Shown here: positions 50,950 to 64,000 of the stretch, in pieces
How the letters are laid out: each line of letters begins with the position of its first letter
Numbering within the stretch: position 1 is the first letter of the stretch
Assembly (NCBI GenBank): GCA_050273025.1
Contig: CP158635.1
Location: 15,190,001-15,254,000 of the forward strand
Reading direction: 5' to 3'
From: Cenococcum geophilum
Taxonomy: Eukaryota
DNA: 64,000 nucleotides
Translations under genes and position numbers: made by a program
Notes under the pieces: model-generated
Told to the model about the DNA's origin: nothing
Databases searched by the model: none
What the model saw: the letters and a program-made list of their open reading frames with translations, nothing else

Positions 50950-53400
50950 GTACCATAAGCCTAAGTATTTGAAAGTCCTTTAGTATATTATCTATAGCCT
51001 TATTAAATCCGTCCTTATAAGGGTTATATAGTAAACCGCTAATATAAGACATCTGTATATTAAAATCAGTAATACCGCCCTATAAGAGCCGCTCTAATTT
51101 AAGTTAAAGAATAGTAGGTGCTTTAAACCTAACGTCCTATATATACTAACGTATAATTAAATCCTTAGCAATTATATCCGTAAGGGACTGGATATTAACC
51201 GCAGGAGACTTAATTATATAATTAGATATTATCCGCTTACTAAATATATCCTTAAACTTAGTATAAAGAGGTCTGGTATAGCTTATAGTAAAAACACTCC
51301 ACCTAAATAGAGAGTCTACTCTAAAGGTTAAGTTTCTATATAATTAGAGTAACTCCTTTAGTTAAAGATTTAGTAGTTTATTAAGTCAATTAGCTTTAAA
51401 AAAGCTATTTAGCTCTCCGCGATTATTAATTAGCCTATTTATAAGTATAGCCTACTAAAGTACTAGATTATATGCCTCCGTTATAATTAACCTCTAAAAG
51501 TACATTATTTTAGATATATAGTTATTACTCCTTAATCTAGTAAAGTAAAGGTAAAGGCGGGCAATTATACGCTTTAAAAGGCCGATATCCGCATACTTAA
51601 TAGCGTATTTTAACACTTTATATATTTTAACCACCTATAGATACCGAATATAATTAAAGAACTTTATATTAATAATTTAAGTAGGCTGGCTTATAGTAGC
51701 GGAGCTAGGTTCTATAAGTAATTAATCTATAATCTAAAAACCTCCGTAGGTGGAGGTCTACGGAGGAACTAATTTATTAGCCTTACGGCTAACTTTAAAG
51801 CTAAAACCTGCTACGCGGATATTCTTAATATGCTATAGAAACTGCTTAGGCGTTAAGGATCTAATATATCTTTTAACTACACCTTTTTTGTGGATGTTAA
51901 GCCTATCACGGATATATATTAAGAAGAGCGTAATAATACGGGTATTAAAACTATATAGTACTAGCTCCTTAAGATAGTAAAAGGGAGGGCGCTCTATAGG
52001 AATATTTTGTCGCCTAAGGTAATTTATATAAGTATAGAGCGTAGAGTACTACTGCGTATATTGCTTACTACTAAAGAAAGTCCTTATAATTATATATAGG
52101 AAGTTTAACTAAAGGTGCCAAAGACCTAGAATAGGTAGTACCTAACAGTGGCTATTATATAAGAGCGTAGCCTCTGCCCGCTCCCGCTTATAGGCGTAGA
52201 TAAGCTTTACAGTTTTCTAATTACCATATACCAGATATAATTGGTCCTGGAAATCATTATCGCGATTAAGCTATAGTTACTCTAGGAAGATTATCTTAAG
52301 TATACGGTAGTTACTATTTATAAAAGCCTCGCTTTCTATAATAAGGCCTAGGTTTATATAGGTTATCTTTATAAATAGCAGAATATTAATCTTAGGTATA
52401 CGCGGATATTTAAGTTCGGTATTAAATTTAAAAATACTATTTATAGCGGCCGGATACGTGCTTTAGAGAGCATCTATAATTATAAAATAGATATCTAATT
52501 TTAAACGCTATTATATATATTACCTAGCGCCTTAGCAATATCCTTAATTTAAAGCTATACTTAGTTATGAAGTATACTTTAAAAAAGGCCATTAGGGGGA
52601 ATATAAGATCCGCGGATAAGCTTTCTAGTAGTATAGGAATAGAAAATACTAGTGTCTCCAATTAACTAATATCGCGTTTACTTAAGGTAGTTAAAATTGT
52701 TATATATAATATAGATATTATTAAGAGCGGATATTAATTAGAGGTAAGTCTTTAATAACGTTAGTGCCAGTATATTCGCCGCTGGTATTATAACCTTCCT
52801 TAAAGTATTTGGCCAATTTTATCTTTTAGCAGTTAAGCGCTGTATATCTATTAATAAGCCCTAGTCTATAAAGCAGTAATAAAACCTAACGCTTTATACC
52901 TATGCCTTAAAGATAAAGACTAAGAAGCTAAGTAAAATAGTTAGTAGAGCTTTAAGCGCGGCCTAATAAAAAGATAGATATAAGAAGAATAACCCGCCCT
53001 AGGTACGGATTTCGCGATTTATTAGTTCTTAATTATGCTAATAATCCTTCTATTAGTTGGCGAAGTAGAGGGGTATATTAGCTAATTGCCTTATAGCCTT
53101 ATAAGAGTTAAATGTCTTTAAACTCTAGATCTAACTTCTATAGGCTAAAGATAACCGTCTTTTACTAAAGATTATAAAGCTCTTTACGGAGGATATTTAT
53201 AACCGTATTAATTAGTTCCGAATAGATATCCGCAATCTCTATAATCGTATTACAGATTTCTTTATCCCCTAGAAGGGTAGTAATAAGCCCCTTTACCTTC
53301 TTCTTTTTTTCCTTTTTTTTTACGCCTTGTTATTTCTTACGCCTCGTCTTTTATTAACACTAAGCTATAGCTATGCTAAAGAAAGGTCATTAAAGGACTA
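50950..53400 (-). pseudogene. RIP-inactivated DUF6589/Academ-type transposase
   Basis: Minus strand gives LLSLYL*GIGIKR*VL..L..LG, IYNNFNY (YDNxN), LVYGN*KT (GDQxT), LPILGLWHL*LN (PGLxHxxxN), PFYYLKELV, LKYAIKYADIGLL…NY and a NELLN-like motif. Confidence 0.8.
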
Positions 53401-55691
53401 TTGCTACTCCTATAAATGCTTTAGAATAATTCTAACCTTTTTTTTCTTTAATATCCGCTTAGCGGATACCCTAGTTGGTGTTTAAATAGGCGTCTACTGG
53501 TTAACTAATATTGTGTTTATAGTGGGAATGGGCGATTTAATTATTAATATATTACCCGTTTGGTGGCGCTTTCTGCTTAACATTATAGGGGCTAATAAGG
53601 TAGATATACTCATCGATTATAGAGCTGCTTCTGCGGATTAATTTAACGGTATTTCTGAGATAATAGCTGCTATAGGGGTGTAGATTAATTTTATTAAAAA
53701 AGGTAACTGCTCTATATATAAACAAAGTCGGATCGCTTAAGAAACGTTAGAAAAGTCCCTTAGACTATAGAATTAACTTTTTAATAAAAAACGTTAGCGA
53801 TATCCGCTTGCGGATATACGTATGTCCGCTAATTGATTCTATAGTCTAAGCTTGCTAAGGTAAACTCCCCCAAAGCATCGTCTCCCGGAATTACGGCCAA
53901 TACTTATCCTGGCTATATTTTACTATCTCTCTTAAGGTATTTAAAGTCTAATATATGCCCTTTATCTCTTTTATTAAGCTAAAGTTCTTAGGCCTATAAA
54001 GCATTTATAGATGGCTAATATTAGCGTATTATATATAGACACCGTCTAAGAGAATATAATTATAGAGCGTAACTAACTTACTGTCTCGCCCTCTTCTAAT
54101 ATAGTATTAGTACATCTTTAAATCCAGTCCCTTAATCTTTAAGTATAGTATAGGTTTTAAAAATATCCCCCGTTTCTTAGACCCTATCTTCTTTTATTTT
54201 ATACCCTTCTAGCCGCTTTCTTAGGGCTACTATTTAGACGCCTAGTTATACTATACTGTCCGTTTTAGGTAGACTCTTCTTATATTCTATTACCGTAAGT
54301 TATAGAAGCCACTTAATATAATCTGCCGAGCCTGCTTAATTAATGCTATAGTTGTAAATGTTAATATTACGGGAAGTAAGTATATCTTGGGTACGTGCTT
54401 CTTATTTCTTAGATTAGGAGGGGTAAATATAATAGTCTACACGTTTTAATTTAAAGGGGAGATCCTATAAGCTAGTCAGGACTAGCGATTTTGGGAATAT
54501 TTAAGTTGTAGTACTGTATAAGAAGATGTAGTTAGTAAGATAGTATTATGTAGTTAGCGAAAGTATAAAAAAGTTATATATTTATTCTCTACTTAGACCT
54601 TTTAGTTATTTTCCCGGTTTTCTAGCTTAGTAACTAGGTCTAGCAATAGTTAGAAGACCTCCTCTATTTAAGACAGCTCTGGCTTTCTAAGATCTTAGCA
54701 TTATAACGCGGCGTCTTAAATTAATAGCAATTTCTTAAGCAATTCCCTAGCATACGTTGTAGCTTTACTGTTAAAGTTATTAAAGTTATTAGGGTTGGCG
54801 GAGCGATTAAAGAAGATATCGCGATACTTGCGGTTATTAAGTATATTAAGCTAGTTTTATATAAATGTGCTTTATAAGCCGTTGCCGCAAAAATCTATTA
54901 TTAGGAGGGGAAACTACCTGTAAATATTGTGGTAGGACGCTAATGCTATCCTAGATGTTAATAAATCTATTCTATAGCACCCCAATATCTTATAGTACCT
55001 TTATCACCGCCTCTACTTTAATAGGCGGTTTCGCTACTCTTAAGTCGCTAATTCTCTTTATTAGGCTATATAATTATAACCTATAGTTATAACTGGCGCT
55101 TATAAGCTTAGTTGCTGCTATAAATATAGTAGAGCGGGAGAGCGTTGTGAGTATACAGAAGTTAAGTTTAGAGGTTGTTGTAGAGAGATACTCTTTAAGC
55201 TGGAGCTAGTTAATGTTAATATTATTAATAAGGTCCAGATTATTAGAAGTGGTGTTATTCTAAGCGTATTAATAGGTTTTAGGTATTTATCCTAGTCTCT
55301 TAGTCGGCAGCTTTATTAGTTAGGTAGTTTTTTTTTACCTATACTTCCGTTAAATCTATTCTTTCTATCTTACGACCGTGTTATTACCCTACTCTCTCTA
55401 TCTTGTCCACTTTTAACGCGCTAGTTACTATTATCTATAAAATCTTTAGGTAGCAGTTAGGAACGCGGCTAAAGCCGTTAAAATTTGTCTAAAGCGGCCT
55501 TATAATGCTAATTCCGCCCCTATAGTCTAAGGAAAGGAGAAAAGACTTTAAAATTAGTGGTTAAGGGGTTAGTTTTGCATAATTGCAGCTATAAAATAGT
55601 TTAAAGAATTCTTAAGCTAAAGTAATAATGAAGTTACTTATAGATTTAAAGGTAGAAATAATTCTTTATTTATAAACCGTTGCCTAGTAAC

Positions 55692-58600
55692 TGTAACGGA
55701 ACTTAGTAGCAAGAACTACAATGGGTTCGTTAATAGGCTAGGTATGTAGGAAATATAAGTATAAAAGTTAATTAACGTAATAATAACTAGTGGAGTGGTT
55801 ACCTAATAGATTAACTCTAATTATATTCTAAGAATTACTATAAGGAAGGAACTATCTAGGTAGGGACTAAGGGTCCTTAAATACATAACCATACTCCTAA
55901 GAAAGTTATTACTCTATCTACTCTATCTGCTCTGTTTGCTTTATAATAGATCTTACAGATTATATAGATTATATAGATTATATTACATAACTCTGCTTAT
56001 TATTCCTTATTATATAGTTCTACGGGTTCTATCCTAGACTGTGCTTATATTAACTAACTAGCTTCTTCTAACTCCTCTCTAAGTAGTTATAATATTATAC
56101 TTAAAGCGTCCGTAACACTATCTCCCTCCTCTCTATTTTTATCCTTAAAGATTCCTAGTATCTCTAGGTTGTTTACTAGAGGTATAATATCCGTCTAATT
56201 AATTTGGTTAATATTGTTATTTATAATACCTAAAGCACCTTCTTCTTCCTCTATAGCCCGTTGGTTTCGTACCGTTGCTATAATATTATCTCTTAGTAAG
56301 ATAATACTATCTCTATATTCTCGTTATGCGAAAGAGGGGCTAGTTTACGTTGTGTTGGCGAGTCCTTTATCTTAGTAACCTTTCTTTTATTTAGAGTGCA
56401 CTAAAGCAAATATTTAGTTATCCTATAATGTTCGCTCTATCTCTAATATTAAATATATATAACTTATTACTTTTAATAGTCGTCTAGTTCCCTAATTAAT
56501 TTATCTTAGGGTCTTGTATTTAGTTTAAGGCAGAAAAACTTAAGGGTAATTTTGCCGCAGCGCTGGCGGAAGCCTATCGTCAATCTAAAGAATCTGCTCG
56601 TGCCCTTAAGGCTTAGCAGTTTACCTTTATAAAAGTTTAGCATCTTTAACGCGTTTATAAGAAGGTTTGCTCTAAGGAGTAGAAACTTATAGAATAAGGT
56701 CTTTAGGAACTAGGTGATAAAAGAACGGATTTTCCTCTAATAGAGAAGGAAACAGATCTAAGTAGTTTGGCAACTGTTCTTTTTAGGTCCCCTTTAGGTA
56801 ACTTATTCTTTAGCGATCCTTCTTTATTAATGCTGCCTAACCTAATCTCTTTTAATACTTCCGTACCTTTTCTATAGCATTCTTTAAATTCTCTAGTGGT
56901 TTCTAGGTAGTCTCAGTGTAGCCTATCCACTTAACTTCGTACTATATTTTATTATTAACGTCCTTATAGCTAATAATCTTTAAAACTTGCTATTTATCTT
57001 CTTCCTATCCTCTATATGTGTCTGCTTTATAAACCAGTAGCTTAACATTTCTATATACTGGCTCTAGTATTGCGATATGCTATATAGGGTAGATTTTTAT
57101 TTTGGCTGGTAGGTTTAACTTAAACGTAACTAGTGAAATTCTTTACGTAATTTTAAAAGGTCCTAGTCTAACGTAGTCCAATTTCTTGCTTAGTTATTAA
57201 CTCTTAAAATTTTTATATAGTAGCTATACTTTATCTCCCTCCTTAAGATCTAGTCCCTTAGATCTTTTAGCATTATAGTACTTTTTTATTCTCTCTTGTA
57301 CTTTCTTTATTAATTTTATAAGGTCTGCATAAAGATTTATTAATGTCTTTATTCTTTTTTTAGCTATACTACTTATTTTCTTTACTTGCCGTAGTAATAA
57401 CGATGTTCTTGGCTTATATCCATAATTTGCCTTAAATAGTAATATGCCTATCCCTTCTTAAGGTGTTGCATTATATATAAACTATATAACTAGTAATAGC
57501 GATACCTAATTATTTTGTGCATAATTGATATAATGCCTTAGATACTACTCTAGCGTCTAATTTAATCTTTCTATTTAACTGTCTGTCTGTAGATAATATA
57601 CAGTAGAAGTTGCTGCTTAAACTCCTTACTCTACTAAGAACACTTCCTAAAATGCTATTATAAATCTTAGATCTCTATCTAATATAATTTTGCTTAGTGC
57701 TCCATATCTTATAAATACTTCTTTAACATAGATTCTAGCGATATCTTCTACTAAGATTTCTTTTATATATGCTATAAAGTACCCCCACTTTATAAGCTTG
57801 TCTACTATTACTAAGATTACGTTATAATCTTATCCGGTAATAGGATCTTTTAATTTTAGTAACTTAATAATAAAGTCCTATAATATAACCTCCTATAGTC
57901 TCTCTAGTGTTTTAATAGGTTATAGCCCTCTATACAGCTTATGCCTTATTAGTTTATTCCTTTAACAATCTAGATATTCCTTTATAACCTTTCTAGCTAT
58001 CCTCTAGATTTTATTAATAATATACTCCTCCTAGAGTCTTAACACTAAGCCTATAACTCTATTATGTCCTTAAGTTAGTCCCTTATAAAAGTCCTCCATA
58101 AACTACTTTGCTATACTTCTTAGGATATACCTTACTTCTTAATTTTTGTATATATCCGTTTATAGATCTTTTAGCTATGCTTTTAGAATTCTTTATACTT
58201 AAAAGCTTTCTAGTGTCTCGTAGACCTTCTCTAGTTTATTATCCTCTTAAGTTGCTATAATTTTTAGGTGATTATACCTAATTAATCCGTTTATATCTTT
58301 TCGCAATAAAGCCCCTAATAGCTTTTCCTTATTTTATAGTTTAGTTTTGCGGCTTAGAGCATCTGCCTATATATTGTTTGTACCTTTAGTATACTAAATT
58401 TTGAAATAATATTCCGTAAGCATCTCTGCCTATCTAACCTATCTTTAGTTAAGTTCCTTTATTATTAGGAATCCTATTAGGTTCTTATAGTCTGTTTTAA
58501 CTATAAATAGTTTCTTTATACCTTATAAGAATGCTCTCTATTTCTTTAATACTGTAACTATACCTAATAACTCCTTGTTATAGATGTTATAGTTTAACTC

Positions 58601-61600
58601 TAGTAGTATTATCTTCCGACTATAGTATACTACTAAGTGCTATCTATCTTAATGTTTTTATATAAAGTATGCCCCTAGTATATAGTCTAATATATCTATT
58701 TTTATAACCGTCTCTAGTCCTGGTTAATAGATCTTAAGAACTAGCTCCTAGGTAAATAACTCTTTAACTTTCTTAAAGAGTTCTCTTTACTCTTTCCCCT
58801 ATGCCTATAGTTCTTCTTTCTTTATTAATCGCGTAAATGGTTTAATATCCTTTAACTACTGCGCTATAAACCTTCTATAGTAATTGCAAAATCCTAGAAA
58901 CAATCTTAACTGTATAACGTTCTCTAGTTCCTACTAATTCACTATAGCCTTAATCTTCTTTAGATTTATACTAAGTTAGCCTAGTTTAATAATAAATCTA
59001 ATAAAATCGGTCTTCCTAGTAAAAAACTCGCATTTCTTAATTACTACTAGCATCTGTTTTTCTTATAGTCTCTTTAAGGCCTATTTAACGTATTCCCCAT
59101 ATTCTTCCTTAGTTATTAAATAGATAATAATATCGTTAAGATATACCATAATAAATTTATCTAAGTGTTCTCCTAATATATTGTTAATATACTTCTAAAA
59201 CGTTGCTAATGCGTTTATAAGTCCGAATTACATAACTAATAGTTTATACAGTCCTTTCTTTAATTTAAAGGCTACCTTTTATTTATTACCTTCCTTAATC
59301 CTAATTTAATAGTACGCCTATCTTAGATCTATCTTTATAAAGATTTACGCATTGCCTATTCTATCTTAGATTTCGCTAATTAAAGGTAAAGGATACCTAT
59401 CCTTCCTAGTAATACTGTTTAACTATCTATAGTCAATACACAGCCTTAGTTTACTATTTTTCTTTAGTATAAATAGTACTGGATAACCCGCTAATAACTG
59501 CAATAGTCTAATATATCCCTTTTATAGATTTTCCTAGATAAACTCTTTTAACGCTCTACCTTCTTCTTTAGTAAGCTTATAAATTAGAAAAAACTTTAAA
59601 CTTATTCCTAGTTCTAATTCTATTTTATAGTCCCATGCTATATATTCTAATAGCTTTTTACTTTCTAGTGACTATAGTTTCTTACCGTACTTATAGTATT
59701 TCTTTAGTATATAGCTTAGTCCTTTTTCTATTTCTTTATAGGTTGCTCCTACTTAGTACTATACTAACTTAGCTTATTATTACATTTTGCGGCGTTAAGT
59801 ATCTCTAATATTAACCTAACCCGTAATCTAATCGATCCTTAGATTATATTCCTATAACTAAGGTATACCTAATACTGCCTCGTCCTGTCCTAATAGTAGG
59901 ATATTAAAGGACATCTTAATTTGTCTTCCTTTAATAGTTATCTAAATAGGTCCTGTTTTAAGATTAATAATCCTTCCTCTATAGGTTATTAGATCTCCTA
60001 AAATTATAACTAATAGGTAAAGTTGCTCCTTTTATCTATAAGGTAGTCCCATTCTTTTAACTGCTATTAGTAAGATATAGTTTCGCGTTACTCTACTATC
60101 TATTAGCGCTTTAAACTATTAATCTTACCAATTAATTCATAAATTTAGGTATTGTCCTTAAATTCCTTTAAGGGTCTAAGGCTCTACCACTAGCTCCCTC
60201 TAGTCCCGTAGGCCTCTATTTTTTTTAACTATTAGCTACTTAATCCTAGTATACTTAACTTGCTTTTTAGCCAATGCCTAGTTCGCTTTTTATCTTTAAT
60301 ATACTATAGATACGTATTTTCTAGGCATTTCTACTACTATTGTCCGTCTAAGTATTCTTCCGTAAGGAATCTTTCTAGTTAAAGTACTAAACTTCCTTCC
60401 TCTTGGGTCTCTATTAGATGCTATTTATGCATATATTTAGTATTCCTATACTATTATTTGTCCGTTATCTAGTATATCCTTATAGGGTATTTCCAATTCT
60501 TTTTTTTTAGATTCTTATACATTTCGTATATATTATCTACGCACGCAATCTATAATAACGTATAATATGCTAGGTGCTTTAGGTTAACTTTTAGCTCATT
60601 TTTATCCCTAAGTTTAAACCTTTATTGTGCTAATCTAAACGTTATAACTTTATTTGCAGGTACTAAAATATATCTCTCGCTTCTCTAGTCCTCTAAACGT
60701 TCCTTTAGATCCTTTAATATTATAATTAAGGCTCCTTTAATATACGTTATAGCCTTTTCTATAATTAGGTGGTCCTAGATAACTTTTTCATCCAACTATA
60801 TATAGAAATCTTCCCACTTATTATTGTGCCTTTGCCTATACCACTTTTAGTATAGCTGCTAGAGTGTATATAGTCTGTCCGTAAGGAAATATCTCTTTAT
60901 TACTGTATTGTAATAGCCTTTAGTATATTGTTCCTTAAACCTAGTAGGAATCCCTAAATCCTCTTTTTGTTCTAGTTTAGTAAGCTACTTAGCCCTTAGT
61001 ATGCCTGCTCTCGGCCTATTAGTAATTCTTTATACTAGTACTCTATCCTTTATACGTCCTAATATGCTAGATCTTCTATCTAGTTTCTATTCTTACTACG
61101 CGATAATTCTTTACCTAAATTCTTCTATGGTTTCTTTTGGTTTGCGCCTTATACTCTAATTCTTAAAGTTGTCTTGCTTCTTAATCCTAGTATTAATTTT
61201 TTAATCTTTAGTCTGAACGCTTTGTTTAACTAGTAAATCCTCTAGGTTTATATATTTGTCTCCTAGTCTAATTGCTATTTGTACTGCAGATTTTCTAATC
61301 TATAAAAAAGCTCTTAGCCTCTTGCCTGTGGGTGTCTTAATTTATACTCTAAATCCTTAACCCTTTAGGTTCTTTAATCCCAAGCTTGCTTCTAACTTAA
61401 GTTTAGCCCCTGCCTTAGTCTAATTAGGCTTAACTAGTGTCCTTATCTCGTCTTAAGAGTCCTAAATCTTACTTATCTCGTCTTAAAAATCTTATACCGT
61501 TGGGAATTCTTGTCCTAAGCTCATTTGTATATCTTTAAACTAAGCTACTACTCTGCTCTATCGGTTTCTGTCTATTATAGGTCCTTAAGCTTACCTTATC

Positions 61601-63644
61601 TTATCTTAAGAATCTTAGTTATCTCTTATCTTATCTTAAGAATCTTAAGCCTTTGGCCTTTTGCCTTTATTAAGTGCTAAAGTGGTTTACTATCCTACTT
61701 CTCTTGCGTCTTATAAAGTAATAGACATTGTATCTAGTGGGGTTTCGATCCCTACTAATGTTCCCTATTCTATAGTGGAATTATCCTCTACCTTTAGTAT
61801 AACATCTCTAAGGTCTACTCGCTCTTAGTAAGCGGCCCTTATTGCCTTATTATCACGGAATGTTTCGCCTAGGTTAAATTTATCGTCCTTAATATCCGAT
61901 CTGCGAACTAGTTCGTTAGTTCCTCTATATCCTATAGGTGCTGGCTCCTATAGCTAATAGCTTACGCCGTACTTAGCGTCCTTATAAATTTAGTATACGT
62001 TATTATAACAAAATGCAAAACTTTTAATTAAATATTCTTTTATTTCTTATAGCATATTATTATCCCTCTGTACATATATATCGTCTACTGGTCTTATACC
62101 TTTTACTATATAGTAACTCTACCCACTTCTATAGTCTCTGACGTAATAATCCTATTTTCCGCAATTTATGCAAGCTCCTTTTTTAAACTATTTCTCTTGT
62201 TATGGAGTCCGCCTAAATATCTTCTGCTATTAAGATCCCTAATTCGGCCTTTACTCCTTAGACCTTTAATTACTTAATTCTTATCCTCTAGGTTTCTATG
62301 GTTTGCTCCATCTCTTATAGGCTTCTTTAGTACTACTTAGGTCTATTAGCTCTGCGCCATACCATAGTTTCTAACTTGGCTTTTATCGTTGCGTACTCTG
62401 CGCCTTATATAACTGTAGAACTCTATCCTAGCCTCTCTTAGCCTATTCCCTTTGGTAGATCTAATTGTTAATCTTAATTGCCTAATCTATTAGTTCCCTT
62501 AGGGTGTCTATATCTTCTATTAGGATAATCACGTTCTAGACTTTAGCCTTAAGTCCCTGTTTATACTATGCCATAAGCGCCCTATTATTCCACTCTACTT
62601 GTGTTGCTAGTGTCTAGAACTATATTATATACTTAATTGCTAAAGTTCGTTATATAAGGTTCTAGAGTTTTCTTTCCGCTATAGTTGTTTTTTCTAGGTC
62701 TCTAAATATCTGCGTAAGTCGTTCTATGAATCCTTTCTAACTTAAGAACATAAATCGCACGTCTTAGTTAGTGGTCGTTATTCTATTTGCCTGTATCTCT
62801 ATAAGGTAGGGTTTAAACTACTTAAGTACTTTCCCTAATAAGAATAGTCCTATATAGGCTATCCAATCTACAGATATAGGTAATTTTACTCCCTCCTATA
62901 AGACCTTAAAGTGCATCTGCGTAAGGAATCCTTTAAGCTTTAACCTCTCTCCTGTAAATCTCTTAATTAATAGTAGCTTAATCTTTACTGCTCCTATCCC
63001 GTTAAGTCTTTCTTCTAATACTATATTATTAGCTGTTAACTAGTTAACTACTTCCTATAGCTATCTAACTATTATAGGTTGCTATAAGTTAGTATCTGCC
63101 ATACTAGTGTTACCTCCTATCCTTAAAGTAGTTGCTGCCGTTAATAGCGTTATAGTGGCTACTTTTAGTAGCATGTTATTCAACTTCTTATATTAATACC
63201 GTAACCGGGTAGTAATTATATAATAGAACCTAGTAGCAAGAACTACGATGGGTTCGTTAATGGGCTAGGTATATAGGAAATGCAAGTATAAAAGTTAATC
63301 AACATAATAATAACTAGTGGAGTAGTTGCCTAACAGATTAACTCTAATTATATTTTAAGAATTACTATAAGGAAGGAACTATCTAGGTAGGGACTAAGGG
63401 TCCTTAAATACATAACCGTACTCCTAAGAAAGTTGTTACTCTGTCTACTCTATCTGCTTTATTTGCTCTGCAATAGATCTTATAGATTATACAGATTATA
63501 CAGATTATATCACGTGACTCTGCTTACCATTCCTCGTCACATGGTTCCACGGGTTCCATCCTAGACCGTGCTTGTATTAACCAACTAGCTTCTTCCAACT
63601 CCTCTCCAAGTAGTTGTAACATTGTACTTAAAGCGTCCGTAACA
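55692..63644 (-). mobile_element. Full-length Ty3/Gypsy chromovirus (7953 bp), RIP-degraded
   Basis: 426-bp LTRs at 55692-56117 and 63219-63644 with GTAAC TSD. Minus-strand PPT at ~56118-56133. Gag-PR-RT-RH-IN-chromodomain order, colinear with 10024-17280. Confidence 0.95.
56300..56850 (+). pseudogene. Antisense Cys-rich ORF remnant in the Gypsy 3' region
   Basis: SRYAKEGLVYVVLASPLS**PFFYLECTKANI*LSYNVRSIS aligns with the 16740-17230 remnant; followed by a probable intron and a coiled-coil exon. Confidence 0.55.
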
Positions 63645-64000
63645 GTAACACTAATAATCTATAGGGGTCCTTTTTAGGACGTAGTGTGGCGTTCCTGCAA
63701 TAGTTATAGCGTCTTAGCGTAATGTCTAATACGCATAGCCTCTTTTATGTAGTATAATTATTATATAAAATATTATCCATTTAACTAAAGCCTCTTTCCT
63801 TGCCTAAAAAAAGGTAGCCGCTATAAAGTCGGCCGCTATAACTATGGGGATAGATTCGTCTAGGATTTTAAATATGCTTTTTAATTGTATTATATTACTT
63901 AAAATATTCGGGCAATTAATAAGCTAAAACCCATATATTAATCTTTATAGGTAACTTTATACTACTACCTTCCGCTTACGCGCGTAAGCGTAGTATCCGT

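Larger units (their letters stand above)
34306..53400. mobile_element. Putative AcademH-like DNA transposon relic (helicase plus transposase, convergent) with cargo and nested insertions; ends undefined
   Basis: RecQ-like helicase (+) and DUF6589/Academ-type transposase (-) pseudogenes face each other. No paired TIR or TSD found. Confidence 0.6.

Noticed and set aside
53400..55300. Further minus-strand coding relic upstream of the transposase
   Set aside because: Looks coding-like, but no motif could be identified by eye and the boundaries are unsupported.
1..64000. Starship element
   Set aside because: No DUF3435 tyrosine-recombinase captain or boundary was recognisable. It cannot be excluded beyond the window or under heavy RIP.

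Overview
Filamentous-ascomycete (Pezizomycotina-type) DNA. Almost the whole window is AT-rich and shows strong repeat-induced point mutation (RIP: CpA/TpG depleted, TpA and stop codons everywhere). The only intact gene is a single-exon, 876-aa HET-6-like heterokaryon-incompatibility gene with about three ankyrin repeats inserted inside its HET domain (30818-33448). It lies in a ~4 kb unmutated island bracketed by two inward-facing copies of a ~40-60 bp motif; a third, RIP-mutated copy is at ~18.3 kb. Around it is a nested transposon landscape: four Ty3/Gypsy elements (two complete with 5-bp TSDs), two short non-autonomous LTR elements, three solo LTRs, a full-length Tad-like LINE with a 14-bp TSD, a deleted pogo/Fot1 element and several MITE/foldback elements. 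Manual de-RIP translation also shows a Ser/Thr kinase pseudogene. From ~34.3 to ~53.4 kb there is a convergent RecQ-like helicase plus DUF6589/Academ-type transposase pair (an AcademH-like element) enclosing a 51-bp repeat array and a tandemly duplicated Cys-rich gene. All pseudogene calls come from by-eye translation, so their boundaries are approximate.
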